Origin: Rhizophagus irregularis
Taxonomy: Eukaryota
Reading direction: 5' to 3'
Length of the DNA stretch: 64,000 nt
Assembly (NCBI RefSeq): GCF_026210795.1
Contig: NC_089429.1
Coordinates: forward strand, 7,316,001-7,380,000
In this document: piece after piece, positions 50,201-64,000 of the stretch
Position numbering within the stretch: the first letter of the stretch is position 1
Layout of the letters: every line of letters starts with the position of its first letter
Program-made: the position numbers and the translations under genes
Notes under the pieces: model-generated
Seen by the model: only the letters and a program-made list of their open reading frames with translations
The model's database searches: none
What the model was told of the DNA's origin: nothing

Positions 50201-52110
50201 TGATTTGTTAATCTATTTGCCATAAATATAGAACAAGATGAGAAAATCTAACAAATTGCAAGAATATTTACATTATAACTTTCGATAAATAGTGTATATT
50301 GCTCCTTCAAATAATTTTTACAAACAATTTGAGCGTTTCTTTTCAATAATTAAAAAATATTTGAACGTGTACTTTCGTATTATAAATATAAACAATAACA
50401 AATTTTTTTTTAATTACCAAGTCATTACTGTAATACTTGGATCGGCTGTACAAACGAGTATTACACCAATTATTTCCCTTATCCGTGAAAAAGGCTTATT
50501 TGTGTGAAAAATTTCAATAAATGATTACTGATTAAGTTTTCATTGATGTAACAAATATTATGAAAGTATAATCTTAAACTGGAAGAAATATTCCAGACCA
50601 TATATGTCAATCTATTATGACATATCGATAGACGATCACTTTTTTAAATAAGGAGCGTTCTTTATAATAAAATTTTCATTTGATTAAGGATAACCATCGA
50701 AAAAACCGACATTAGATCATCCTCAAACAGTAATATCTTGAAAATTTTCGATCATTTCGTGCGCTTCAAACATTGAACGTGTCCGTCCACATGGAAAAAC
50801 ATTTCCAAATTGAATATGCAAGCCGCCAAGCCGCCAAGCCCCATCAGCATCTTAACAGCCTTACCGTTGACTGATTTTTTACGTAAAGAAAACAATAAGC
50901 CGCCAAAGCCTCTAAAGTTATTGATTTGGCCACATATTATAAACTAGATCATATGCAAGTTGTTATAATCAGCCTTATCGTTAACTAAAAAAAAAAGATG
51001 ACAAATTTTTTTATATAAATATGCTATCCGTTAAACGATTTTACACCTTTATTACTCTTTATTACACCTTTATTAACCTTTATTATTCTTTTCTTCTTTT
51101 TCCTACTTTGGTATTATAACGACTGAATTCATATACATTCCTTTATATACATTATCCTATCATTTTCTTCGAAAATAAATCAAATACCCTTTAAATACAT
51201 ACATACATATACTGTATATATATAATTATTATTCTAACTGAATTTTGTATAGTTATAACATCATTTTTCAATTCCTTTTGAAGAAAGAATATAATAATCT
51301 CACTCAGGGCATGGCTTAATCTCAAATAGGAATTGCTTAGGACTACGACGAACTGTGCTCTTGATTATTACAAATTTTACTTCCGTAAAATGTAAATAGT
51401 TGTAAGTATGTAATATATTATTTATTTTTATAAATTAATTTGAATAAATTAATATATTACAATAATGATATGTAGTATTTTTCGGCCCAATATTCCTATT
51501 TTTAGATTTATTGAAAGACTGGTTTTGATTAGAAAGAGGAGGATGCGCTTCTCCTGTTGCTATTTTGCACGGGACCCTTCTAATATCAACTGGTACTTTG
51601 ATTGCTTTGCTCATCTTTCCATTAATTCGATGTCATTTATCTATCACGATCCATCCCCGACGCGATAATAATTAAACATTTTATATAATATAATAAATTA
51701 TTTTAAAATTTCATTTTTAGAATTACAATCTAAAATTAATAGATTAATAGTACATTATTTTAGATGATTTAGACGTTATAATTTTTTATAGATATTTAGA
51801 TTAAATAATTTAATTCAACTGATAGAATAAAGATAATTATTTTTACTGATTTTATATAATAAGGTTAATAAATTTGTTCGCGCCACATCATACCATTATT
51901 AAGCACGCCCATACAATAACATACAAATACAAATATTTTTATTCGTAAAGAAAGACCAATGTGAATACCAAATATTTATAATTAACCATTCGATCTGTCG
52001 TACAAATTAATGTACCCGCGCCACTATTTTTATTTTTTTGTCTTAACTATTACTGATTTACGTTTTATTTATTTTATTTCTGAAATTATATAAATATATA
52101 TCATCGTAAT

Positions 52111-54053
52111 CCCTATAAAAAATTTTTTATGAAAGTATTCCGAATTTTATCTGGTTTTTGCATTCCGAAAATGTCCCGAATTTTACTATTATGATTCCAC
52201 TCCGAAAAGTGATCATTTTTCGGAATAATACTTTATGTTATTACCCGGAAACACTCAAATTATACTCAGTAAATTTTATGAATTTAAACGGAATATTATC
52301 AGATGATTTACACAGATATTATCCGAAAATATTCAGTAAATTTTATTGAATGCGATCAAGATACACTTCAATTATATTTGCAGGATATTATCTGAAAGCG
52401 TCTATGAATGTGAACTATGTAGTTTTCAATAATACGTTAAATAATTGATACATTAATAGGACCCTCTATATTAATAAGCTTCTCCGTCATTATTTCTAAC
52501 TTTCTTACAAGTGTTATGTGTAACCTTTGTTGTTTTGGTTATTTTTTCTGAATTTGCACGTTATTCATTCTAGTTGACCTTCTTTTCCTTTCTTGCAAAG
52601 GCAATTGGGCATCATTGGCTTCTATTTAGTAAGAACGATGATTCAGAAATAGATTTAGATGAAATAGCAATATCAGTATGTGGAAATGATTCAGAAATTG
52701 ATGTACCATATTATCATAAGAAATTGGAGTAGGTAGTGATACCACTTTCTCGAGTTTTTTATTAGGTGGTGTGATATTTTTGTATTTAAGAGGTGGGTTA
52801 ATGCCTTGGATAAAAGCTTCTTAATTTTTTTTAAATAGTTTCAGCTTAGAAAACTTACTAGGTTTCGCTCATTGACATTCTTTTAAATTAGTTTTTGAAA
52901 GATTCCAAAAACTTACTATGATTCTAGCACTTTAAAATCAGAATTGGCTATCTATAAATAAGAAAAATGAACTTTCAGTAACAGTTCATTAAAAACCAAC
53001 CAAATCCTGCGTCCAAAGAGCTGAAAAGTTGTCTAAAAGTTAAAAAACATGTTAGCAATCATTTCATTAATAGAATTAATTCAAAGGAAAAATATCTACT
53101 CACCGAATTTTCTACATGTCCAGATACTCCAAAGAATACAAAAGAAAAAAATGAAATGTTCATTAGTAGCCATTTTGTTAAAATACTTTACTAATGCCCA
53201 AACTCCAGAGACCCGAAAGAGCCACTAAAAAAAAGAAAAAGAAGTGAACCATTAACATAAATGAATTATAAAAAGAATGGAAAAATAGTTCACCAGATTC
53301 TTACGTGCCCAAAGACCCTTCATGCCATTTAAAAGATTAATGATTCCACGCCAAATTTCCATGTATTCAAGGCCAGCCCATTAAAAAAGAAAGAAAAGAT
53401 GAAACATTAATAAAACATTTTGTTAAATGAATAATTAAAAAGAAAAAAGACAAACTGTTAGTAAAGTTTGTTGAAATAAAATAGAAAAAATTTTAAAAAT
53501 TTTGAAAAACTTATCAAAGTTTCGCGTTCAAGGAGACCGAAAAAATGGCCTAAAAAGTTTTGTCTAGATTTTTTTCAACAGAAAGTGTGAGGTGGGAAAG
53601 GGAAAAGAAAGATGAAGAAAAGGGAATGGTAAGAAAAGGACAAAGGAAGGGGAAAGGACAAAAGGACAAAGGGAAGGGAAAGAAAAATGAAAGAGTTTAA
53701 AAAAGTTAAAAAAAAAATTGATTAAGGACTGAGCCTAATTGCTGATCATTACCGTTACTAATTGAGGTCGAATATAGGATATTTTATCATTGATAAAGAA
53801 GGTTACATTTTATTGAAATATATTGTTAATAAAAATATTTTAAATAATCGGAATATAATTGGAACATTTTCAATTTGAATACAAAATCGGAATACCTTCA
53901 AAATTTTTTGGAGTATTTCCTAATACTTTTTATCATATTAAAACTTCTAAATTTTAACTTGAAATATAATCGGAATGTTATCAGTATAATCGGAGTATTT
54001 TCAATAAATTCGGGAAAAAATTGGAGTGTATCCGACAAAAATTTTTTATAGGG
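52111..54053. mobile_element. 1.9-kb non-autonomous CACTA/CMC-like element
   Basis: aat|ccctataaaaaatttt ... aaaattttttataggg|aat (3-bp TSD). Clustered ttccg/cggaa subterminal repeats at both ends; the interior has decayed exon-like segments on the minus strand. The superfamily is inferred only from the TSD and subterminal repeats. Confidence 0.75.
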
Positions 54054-57000
54054 AATAGGTTATCCGTTCTCTCTATATATATATTTGAACACATATCTTA
54101 CTTATCTAAAAATTCATAATGTGGGTATCTGATTATACGGAATTTGGAAAAGACGTTAAAGAATTTTTAAATTTTGAAATCATGACGCTGAAAGGTATCC
54201 GATATAACTCGTATACGCATATACAGTATATATAGCTTTTAAATAATTCTGGTTATTTAATTTGCTTTTTCTTTTGTATCGGCTTATTTATTTTACACCT
54301 TTTTTTTATAAAATTTGCGTAATCTTGAATATAATAAAATATCTTTACCATATTGTTGTTAAGTCTGATCTTAAATCCTGGATATCCTGGATGAGCCTTA
54401 AACGCGCGCTCGGAATTAGTGTTGCGATCCTCCAATCCGCCAATCCGCGGATTTATCCGATTTGAAACTGCATGATTTAAAGTAATAATAGTAATTAATT
54501 AAATTAATTATAAAATTAAATAAATAATATACTGTATGTGTATAATACATATACAGTATATAATATATACATACAATTTATTTAAAAAACAAAAAAATTA
54601 AGTGGCTAATTATTTATTGATGTATAACATCCTTTCGGTTTAATTAACGAATTGAACAAAGGTCATGAACCATATGCATATGTTGAAAGTTTTAAAAATA
54701 TGATAATATTAAAAAAAAATAAACTTTAACGACCTTGACAAAGAAGGCAATGTATTGTCATTTTTTACGCCAGCAGAGTATTGATTATTATGTAATTATC
54801 ACTGCACTATTTATAAATCTTTCTATATTAATTTCGTGTCAAATTGATTTTTTTTATTTGATTGTTAATATTTTGTTACGAAATGCATTTCATTTCATTG
54901 ATATTTCTATAAAATTGATTTTTGATTAAATTGATTAACTTAATTTTCAACTAAATTTTAAATTATTAAGGTTCATAATATAAAATTATAGTTTCGTTAT
55001 TTTATTTTGTTCTATAAATGCCACATATGCAATAGATGTTGATTTACCTGCTAAATTAAAAGTTTATTAAGTTGTAAATAATTTGTAAAATAAATAAATA
55101 TATTGTAATTTTTGAATATCATCATTTAGAGTTGCGGCACAGTAATTTTTATTTTATTTATTTTTTTTTTTTCGTTTAAGAAGTTGAAATTTCAAGTTTC
55201 AAAGAGCGGGATAGAATTTCCTTATATAAACATGTGATTTCAATAATAAAGATATCTGATATTCTAAATTATATATATTATGATTACAATAAAACCTTAT
55301 TTCATGCTGTAAATTCGGAGAATTTTTTGTAACATCTTGTACCACCGACAAGCATTTATAATTCCGCCCAAGATCGCCAAAGATCATCATAATGCAGGCC
55401 AAAAATCATAATTTCTGATGTCCTATTCGGTTTAAAACGAGGTTAAAGTAAAGACTTTCGTTTAGTTTGTTCTTGGCGTATATAAACAGTTACGCAATTA
55501 TGCAATGGAGAACAATACTATGAACGAAATGATATTATATGCAATCAATTATATAATTAAAGTTTCACAAAAAGAACAAAGAACATGGATCAAAAGACTA
55601 TTTTTGTGTTCGTTATTATAAAAGTTTATGATGTATTCTTAATTTTTTAAATCAAACACAGAATTAAATTAATTTCAATGGTGTAAACATATGTGAAACA
55701 TTACAAAAAATATATTGCATAATATTACAAATTATTTTCACCATGAGAACCCTTGAGAACTTTAATTTTATTTATTTTTTATTATTATTAATTATATTAA
55801 TTATAGTTAATTCCTAATGATAATTTATTACTAATGATTCTAAAAATATATTACATTAGAAAATTCCAATGAATGCATATTGGCGTTTATTTACCTGCCA
55901 TCCTTTGTTGTTTAAATGAATTTTTTTATTTTTTTAAAAATTTATTATATCAAGTAGAAGCCTCCTATCATAGTAAATGAATGAAATGAATGATCAATAC
56001 AAACAACCAAATTTAGGTAAATTATTAAATTTTTTCCCCAAAAAAAACGAGTTTGTTATAAGAAAAAAAGAATTTTAGAATCTGTATTGTGAAATTCAAA
56101 ATTTTCTTCTCGATATATTGAAAGTATCATTACGATCGTCAAATAAAAATTATTTATCCGCCCATCAGTTTACTACTTTCATAATTTTTTTATATACTTT
56201 ATTAAATAAAAATATTCTAGAAAAAAATTTATTATTATTTTTTTATGAATGCAACAGGTGAGTAAATTTCAAAATAGTATTGATTATTTGGGTACAAATT
56301 TGATGTCTAACTAAAATAGCACAAAACATTTCTTTTTTTCTGTGAATAAAGTTTGTTGAAATAAAACAAAAAAAGTGATTCATTCTAATTATTCTACTAA
56401 TTGCAGAAACTTAGTTGTCGTGGCACTGATTGTGATTGATTAGGACGTGTATGAATTTATGATTATAAAAAAACTAGTGATACAATTAAGATGTATAGTT
56501 ATAATAACTTCCCCATAAAGGAAAAATATTCCTTATCTCCTTAGAATCATTCACAATTATCATACGATTGAAAAAAATAAAAACAATCAATATACTTGTT
56601 TGGATACGTGTAGTTCATGTAAAAGAAAACAATATCGTGACAATTTTCTTTATTGTGCTAAATAAACTCCCCAACCATTTATTGTGCATATCAAATAGAT
56701 ATTGTATAAAAATCAATAAATAAATTTCAGTTATCAGTATATATCATTCCCTATTCGTATAAGTTATTTAATTAATAATAAGGACCACTCATATTTATTA
56801 TATTATGAATTACCAAATCGTTCGTGTAACGCAGAGATATTTTATATAATATTAAAACAAGATATTTCTTTTAAATGTAGTCTTTGATTAGTGTTTTACG
56901 CCCCGCTCGGATGAAATACGTCAATGAATCTGGGTTACTGCTAAAAATGTAGTATAGGCAGGCTAAAAATTTGTGGTGCAGACCCCAATGCAGAATAAAT

Positions 57001-60000
57001 TTTTTACATAAAAGTTTTGCTACGTCAATTTGGTAAATATTGGGCAGTACTATAAACTTGATTTTTAATAATCTATTTAAAATAATTAAGCTATTTAATA
57101 ATATTATTAGATATTCCTCCTTATTTATTAATCAAAGATATCATCAAAGGCGTCGTCAGAGATAGTGTAGACGCGCGTTGATCAATGCATCTACTGTACA
57201 GTACATTGAATTAGTTCGTCTGCTTCTAATAACCTACATGTTAATACTTTTTTAAACGGGTTCTTTTTATTAAATACATTTCCCCCTTATTATATTGTTA
57301 GAAATATTTCATAAAAAAAAATAATAATAAATAATATCTGATATGATATATAGGTTAGTATAAATTTTTTGAATTTTTCCACTCGGTCACATGATAAATC
57401 TACGTCTGATCGTTAACCTTATTCAATCAATCGTCAGTAGATCGTTAATACGTTTATCAAAAATCGACTTGATGTATTCCGATTTTTGCCATTGGTCAAA
57501 GTATGGCGATTCACATGACCAATTGGTAATGATCTGTGATATTATTTTTTTTTTTCAATTAGCTACCTGTATATATTTTTCTCGAGAAGTCAAGAACTAT
57601 GTAATGCAAACCCCATTTCCATTATTACCATATTGAATAAATTCGCTAATTATACTAATTAGACAAGTATGAACAATATATCTGAGGAGTGAGGGCTTAA
57701 GATTCCTATTGCTTTGATTTATCAAGAAAAATAATCTTTTTATTAGACTTCGGAGCATTTGACGCATGGGTACCAGAAATGGTAAGTTTTGTAACTAAAA
57801 AATTGAGGAAACTTTTGTCTTTATTTATTTATTTATTTATTTATTTTTTTAAAAAAAATGGAAACGTTTATTAATGTTCTTATTTTTATAGATTTTGGTT
57901 CGAGATACTGGAGTTCAGAACGCTGAAATAGTAAGTTTCGCAACAAAAAATTTTATGAATAATATCATGATATATCTAATACTGTTACATTTATTTAAGT
58001 AGAAGGAAATGAAGAAATTCTAGACGGATATAATCCTTTGAAATGAAAATTAGCTCTCAGTTTGTCAAAACTAAAGATAGTTTTATTTTTTCTTTAATAG
58101 TAACAATATTAAAGATACAGTAATAAGTAAATATAGATTATTCACTATATTATCATTCTCAACATGGTCCATACTTTGGTGATGATATTGTTATATAGAA
58201 TTCTAAAGATAAATTCACAGATTAAGGATATAATAAAAAAAAGATGAAATTCTAAAGATCATTTTTCTATGGAGATCTCTAAGTAGTAGACTCTTCTAGT
58301 TATTGTTATTTAAGATTTCTTTATTAAACTAGTAGAGATAGCCCTAATCAACTAAAAGACTGAAACTCTACAAAAATAATATATAAAAATGTTAATAAAC
58401 ATTTCTAACTAAATTATTAAAAATTGAGGTTTTAAAACATCTTTAGAAGTAAATCCATTTCAACTTCCTTTCAATAGTAGTTTAAAAAATTTTCTAATTT
58501 TTACTTTATCAATCTATCTTGAAATAAATGAAACAATATTTAAATTAAATATATTCAAATCAATTTTGTTTATTATAATATTTCTAGAAAGTAAAATATT
58601 ATTAGTTGATATACCATTAGAATTCATATAAGGATATATTAAGCCTTTATAAAGTTGTCAATCTAAGAGTTTTTGATATGGTTGAACTTTTTCTAAAAAA
58701 TTTAATTAAAGGTAAATAATATTGTAAAGTATTTTTATTGTTTTGAAATTATTATCAGATCAAGTTTTAGAATCTGGAATAAGAATTAAATTTTGTATAA
58801 GATTCCATTTCCTATACTTCAATTTCTTTTATTTGTAAATCATTCTTTTTGGTAAAATTAAGAACTTCTCAGGATTTTATATTATACTATATATAATTGA
58901 GAATTAAATTTAAATAAAATACATATTATATTTTCATTTTAAATTTAATTATGTTAATGTATCATTACTTATAATGATGATATTATATCTGTTGCTTATT
59001 ACCTGATCCATTTACAATATTTTGTTGTTAAAGTTTGCCAAATAGTTTTGTAATACTACAGACTGTGATCCAACTTCTTAAATTACTTGTTTAACTGGAA
59101 AATCATCAATAGTAAATTCTTACAATAGAGAATTATAAGTATTTCTTATTCTATTACTTCATTAAATTAATTAAAATTATATTATTGAATATTTGGATTA
59201 AGATTTTTGCAGGTAAAATTTAAATAATATTTGTTTCATATTAGTTTGTATTCTTTGGTATATTTGATAAGGGTAATAGCATTTGTTATGTTTGCATAAA
59301 CTCATTCTTGTTTATAAGTAAATTATTCAACATTTTATATTTACCTTTTGAAGCAGAAAATTTATTCTTTTGAAATATAAATTTTACTATCATATCAAAG
59401 CTCTAGAGTAAATTTTATGATACATTAGTTCTTAAATTAAAATTTAATCAATATTTGAAATTTTGAATTAATTAAACAAATTAATCAAAACCAAATAATT
59501 TTAGACTATTCTTATTGATCTTTTAGAAAAATTAATTAAAATAAAACTATTGATATAATACCAGATTCTAAACATCAATGGTTTCTTTTTTAGCAGTTCT
59601 TTAAAACATCGAGGTTGGTAGATCATATCTAAAATTAATTAGTTCTGGTTAATTTAGCTTTTTTTTTTTTAAAAAAAAGAGTTTGAAAATTGTAAATAAA
59701 GTATTATTATTATATTTTGCACTAATTAAATACTTTATCAAATAAATATCTATATACATAATAAGTAAAAGAGTATAGCGAATATACTTATATTACTTTA
59801 CTGATCATTTACCAATCACTTAATTTCAGATTTTAAAAACTTATTGAAAAATCACAAATATTTTTAAAATAATGTGGCAAAAAATAATGAAAAAGTATTA
59901 AATTATTATATATAGTAGTAAATTTAATTATATTATTATTAGTAAAATTTTTAATATTGTTATTACATTATTTGTATATAAATAATATAATGATTTATTT

Positions 60001-60245
60001 ATTTTTCTCAATTATCAGTCAAAAATTGATTTGCAAAGATGAATATATATCTGTGAAACTTGAAACTTTGTATAAATATTCTTTATATTATATATAATAT
60101 ATAGTAAAAATAATGTAATGATCTGATCCATAATGCAAGTTTTTTACTAATAAGATATTTAATATATAATTTCACAAAATGATGAATAAATAAATGTCAA
60201 ATAAATTAATACCACAAAATTAAGTAAATACCATAATATAATTAA

Positions 60246-60482
60246 GGTTGCCTGCCTAAACCTCTCCAAAATTCTACGATTAGTTTCTCCAAGATTTTAC
60301 TATAGTTTTATTATAGTTTCGGCAAAATTTTAGCAGTTTTGGCATTTATAATAAGTTTCATCAGGTTTTGCTTTTCTCCAGAGTTTCACTAACTTTAATA
60401 AGACTTTCATATAGTTTCGGCAAAGTTTTGCTATTTCAGCATTTTGCCAACTTGCCAAAACCCCTTAGTTTCTTCAGCAACC
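60246..60482. mobile_element. TTAA-flanked MITE with GG...CC termini
   Basis: ttaa|ggttgc ... gcaacc|ttaa, with internal tagtttc repeats. Confidence 0.65.
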
Positions 60483-60882
60483 TTAAATATAATTAAATAA
60501 ATTTTATTGTTTTATTAGTTTTTTAAAAGAATCTACAAAGTATAAATAATTAATTTTATGTAAAAGATTATATCAATTTATATAAATATTTATCTAGTTT
60601 AATAAAAATTCAGAATAATAATAAAAATTAAAAAGTTGCTATTAATAAAAGTTACTTAATAATAATTTAACTTTGATAAAATTTAATATACAATAAATTG
60701 AAACTAAATTTATATTATTTGTAAAATTTAAGTATATAATATTATGTAAAATTTTTTAACAATCACATTAATTACATTTATATTATGTGATGATATAACT
60801 GAATAAATAATCAGCAAATGATTGATAAATAGTCATCAAAATTGTGATAAAATAGAGATATCTGCTATGCTAAGTAGAAGTA

Positions 60883-61080
60883 CAGTCAGACCTCTATAAT
60901 TGTACTCTCCATAATTGCATCCACTATGTATACCCTCTCTAAATGCACCCTCTGGTTCGGTCCTAAGCTTATATGATCTCTAATTATTTTACCTCTATAA
61001 ATGCACATCCTCTTTAAATGCACTATTTTGAAAATTATGCATATGGTCCCAAGAGGTGTGCAATTATGGAGGTCTGACTG
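60883..61080. mobile_element. 198-bp pogo-like MITE
   Basis: ta|cagtcagacctctataattgtac ... gtgcaattatggaggtctgactg|ta, with internal ctctataaatgcac repeats. A related remnant lies at ~8575-8648. Confidence 0.88.
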
Positions 61081-61559
61081 TACATACAAAGTTTTCATAT
61101 ACAAAATTTGCACAAATTTCACACACTCAAATACAGATTATTAATAATATATATGACAATAGTAATTCTTACAAATAAAATTAATTTATCATCACTATCA
61201 GTATAAAATAAATAATTTTTTCCAACAATATTGGATATATAAAATTCTTATAATTAAAAAAACCTAAGAATTAAGTTTAAAAAAATATTGAAAAGTTTTG
61301 TTCAACTTTATTACTTCCTTTAAATAAGTGATTCATAAACTATCATAAGCTTTATTCTTTATGAAATTCTCTCATTTAATGAATATTTGACATTATTAAA
61401 AGTCTTTAATTCATGAATTATGTTAATATAATATTTCAATATAGATTTGTCTTTCAGTATAATATAAAGTTAAATAAAATGCATTATTGAAAATATAACT
61501 AAATCATAGGATAGAAGAGATCAATAAATTTGTAATGTAAAAATAAACTAGTTCATCAA

Positions 61560-63915
61560 ATATTACCAGTTATAGAAATAAAAACAGAATATGGAGAAAA
61601 AAATAATAATACAGATTTACTAGCTGATTTTTCTTCAGATCAAAAGAATTTTTATTATTTACTAAGAAATGGCATTCTTTTAAAAATATGCTGCAGCAAG
61701 TGTTAGAGAAAAAAGAAAAAATAAGTAAATTGTAAAGCTAAAGCTGAAAAAAAAGAACATTCATATGAAAAAGAAAATAAAAAGAGAAAATGTGAAAGAG
61801 TAAAAAAACTAATAAAAATCAAGATCAGCAATATGAACATTATTATCAACTAGTAAATTTTGTTCCTGTAAGAGAATCAAGATGCAAATCTTATATTTTA
61901 GATAATAAAGAAGAAGAACAATACAGATAAGCTAAAAGAAAACTGAAATAGAAATGACTTTTAAAGAAATATAAATTATTAAATTTTATTTTTGGATTAT
62001 ATATACTAATTTTAATACATATAAGCATATTTTTAGAATAGCCTTATTAATCTGATATAGATTAAATTGACATATATTTTAAAATTAATATATGATCTAA
62101 ATTATCAGTTTATTTTAATAATATTTTAAAATTATATAAATGATACTTTTCTTATATAATTAATCATACTAATTTGAAATATATATTGTTTTAGTTATAA
62201 TAAATTTAACTAATTGATTCAGGTAAAAGGTATATCAATAATATATTAAATTATTAATTCTAATCAAATGTTCTAAATAGAAGGATGTGTCAAATTTCAA
62301 AAATGCGCTTATATGAATAATTATTATCTTATATTAGAGAGAAAAAAGATAGTAACATAGAGAAAAAATAAGAGCAAGTAATAAATCATGAATGTGAAGT
62401 AAATGAGATTTAGATATTAAAGAAAAACAAATTTGAGATTGAGAAATAATGGTAAAAAAGTTAGTAAAATGGAGCAATAACATTGAAGCTGATAGTGATT
62501 AAAAAAAATATTACAAAAACAGATAGATATATATTATAATTACTTTAAGAATAAATTATGAATTTTAACTTTTTTTATAATTTATATAAATCTTATTAGT
62601 GGTTCTATTGAGAGTAGAGTTTGGAATTGATTAAGGTTAATCAATTAATTAATCAACTAAGATGGTTAATTGATTAAAGTATTTTAAAAATTGGTTAATC
62701 GATTAAAGTATCTCAAAAATCAGTTAATTGATTAAAATTATCAACTCATAATTCTGGTCAAATTATCTAATGCAGCAGGCCCTGCTTACTTATAATAAAG
62801 GTCACTATAAAAAATTGGCCTTTTACTAATAGTTTTTACCTTACTTTTTTTTTAAATTCTATTGGTTAATTAGCTAAAAAGGAAAAAAATCATAACAATG
62901 TAACCTAAAATTTCCTTTTATAATAGGATTTATAAAGAATTTTATATATGATTTTTATCTTAGACCTGGAGGTGACCTATCTTATAAGTAAGTGAGGTCC
63001 TAATGCAGCCCAGAGCTGTGAATTTTTGGTCATATATTCTCTGAACTTAGAAGAATTTGTATTAATTTTTTAATGATAATTATAATAAATAAGACTTTCT
63101 TATAACTAAATGTATGATCAATAACAATTTGATGCAATCTGCGGTCAAAAAAAAAAAATTTTTAATATTTTAATATTAATCGATTATTAATCGATTAGGA
63201 CCCTTAATTAATCAATTATTAATCGATTAAGGTTTTTTGGTTGGTTCCAACCTCTAGTTCAGAGCATATAAATTAGCTATAAATAAGGCAAATAGGTTGC
63301 AAGAAGTCAAGAACAGCAAGAAATTGAGCTTAAGTAACATCAATTATAGATACTTAAAAAAAAAGAAAGTAGTGTAAAAAAAGCTATGAAAGCAGAATTA
63401 AACAATGAAAAGAAATTTTAACGTTTGCCACAGTTGGTACTTTACAAAAAATAGTGTTAAATTAAAATTAACTCTTGATCTTATATTAAAATATTATATA
63501 GCATTAATAGTCCTAACTAAAAAATGATGAAGAAGATATTAAAGTCAAAATGTAAATATTGAATTTTAGTTTCTTTAAAATATAGTAATAATAAAAACAA
63601 TGAAAACAGAGTCAAAGAAAGGAAAAAGAAAATTAGTTAAAGAATTAGTAGCAATTATTATATCAATGAATAAAAAAAGACTTCAGTTTGAATTGGAATG
63701 TTAAATGAAAGGAATTAAATGAGATAAGTTTCATATGTAATTCATAATTTTCATTTTATAACAGAATATTCTTAACAAAAAGTTACAGCTATTTGTAAGT
63801 AAAAAAATTGTTGAATATCTTAATGTACAAGAAGATGAATTAGTTTCTTTTATTATTGATCATTTATGTAATAAAAAGTCAACTGAAAATTTAACCAAAA
63901 AAATGATAATAGTAT
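61560..63915 (+). pseudogene. Heavily mutated RBM25/Snu71-like (PWI-domain splicing factor) pseudogene
   Basis: 63766-63905 reads NILNKKLQLFVSKKIVEYLNVQEDELVSFIIDHLCNKKS, resembling the PWI consensus (RPWINKKIIEYIGEEE..LVDF). It is preceded by KKKLVKELVAII and a charged region including KLVKWSNNIEADSD*KKYYKNR. Introns are retained and stops are numerous. The 5' boundary is approximate. Confidence 0.7.
62615..63256. mobile_element. hAT-like MITE inside the PWI pseudogene, itself interrupted by a second MITE (62776-63000)
   Basis: Outer TIRs tagagtttggaa and ttccaacctcta, with flanks attgagag and gttcagag (6/8 match) and aatcgatt/aattgatt repeats. The inner element is bracketed by the direct repeat taatgcag. 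Confidence 0.7.
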
Positions 63916-64000
63916 GTTGTAAATAAAGATGTTAGCTATAACTGTAATATTAAGACACAGTGTCGTATGTAATAGGTTGCAACCTATCTACATTAAAAAG

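Noticed and set aside
57669..59130. Small spliced-looking segments (57669-58046 plus; ~58990-59120 minus)
   Set aside because: Splice-like signals are present, but every frame has stops and no product is recognisable.

Overview
Very AT-rich, intron-containing, transposon-dense eukaryotic DNA. It looks fungal, and the gene and repeat content fits an arbuscular mycorrhizal (Glomeromycotina-like) genome; that assignment is inference. The standout is an intronless secreted peptide precursor (467-1144, minus strand). It has a signal peptide, a short pro-region and 15 Lys-Arg-delimited cassettes whose spacers are made only of X-Ala/X-Pro dipeptides, the Kex2/Ste13/Kex1 grammar of yeast alpha-factor. 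It is predicted to release 14 copies of YRGGGGQ and one HRGAG. The window also holds two paralogous 11-exon genes for a receptor-like membrane protein (13855-17328 and 30856-34331). They diverge mainly in the N-terminal ectodomain, and the second sits inside a 5.7-kb unit with ~330-bp terminal inverted repeats (TIRs) flanked by TTAA. Other contents: a short MATA-type HMG-box gene; a decayed RNAi-type RdRP with a triplicated catalytic segment; Tc1 and pogo transposase relics; many MITEs (TA, 8-bp, 9-bp, 3-bp and TTAA target-site duplication (TSD) classes); 5'-truncated retroposon insertions; and a G>A/C>T-hypermutated RBM25/Snu71-like PWI pseudogene. All calls were made by eye, with no database searches.
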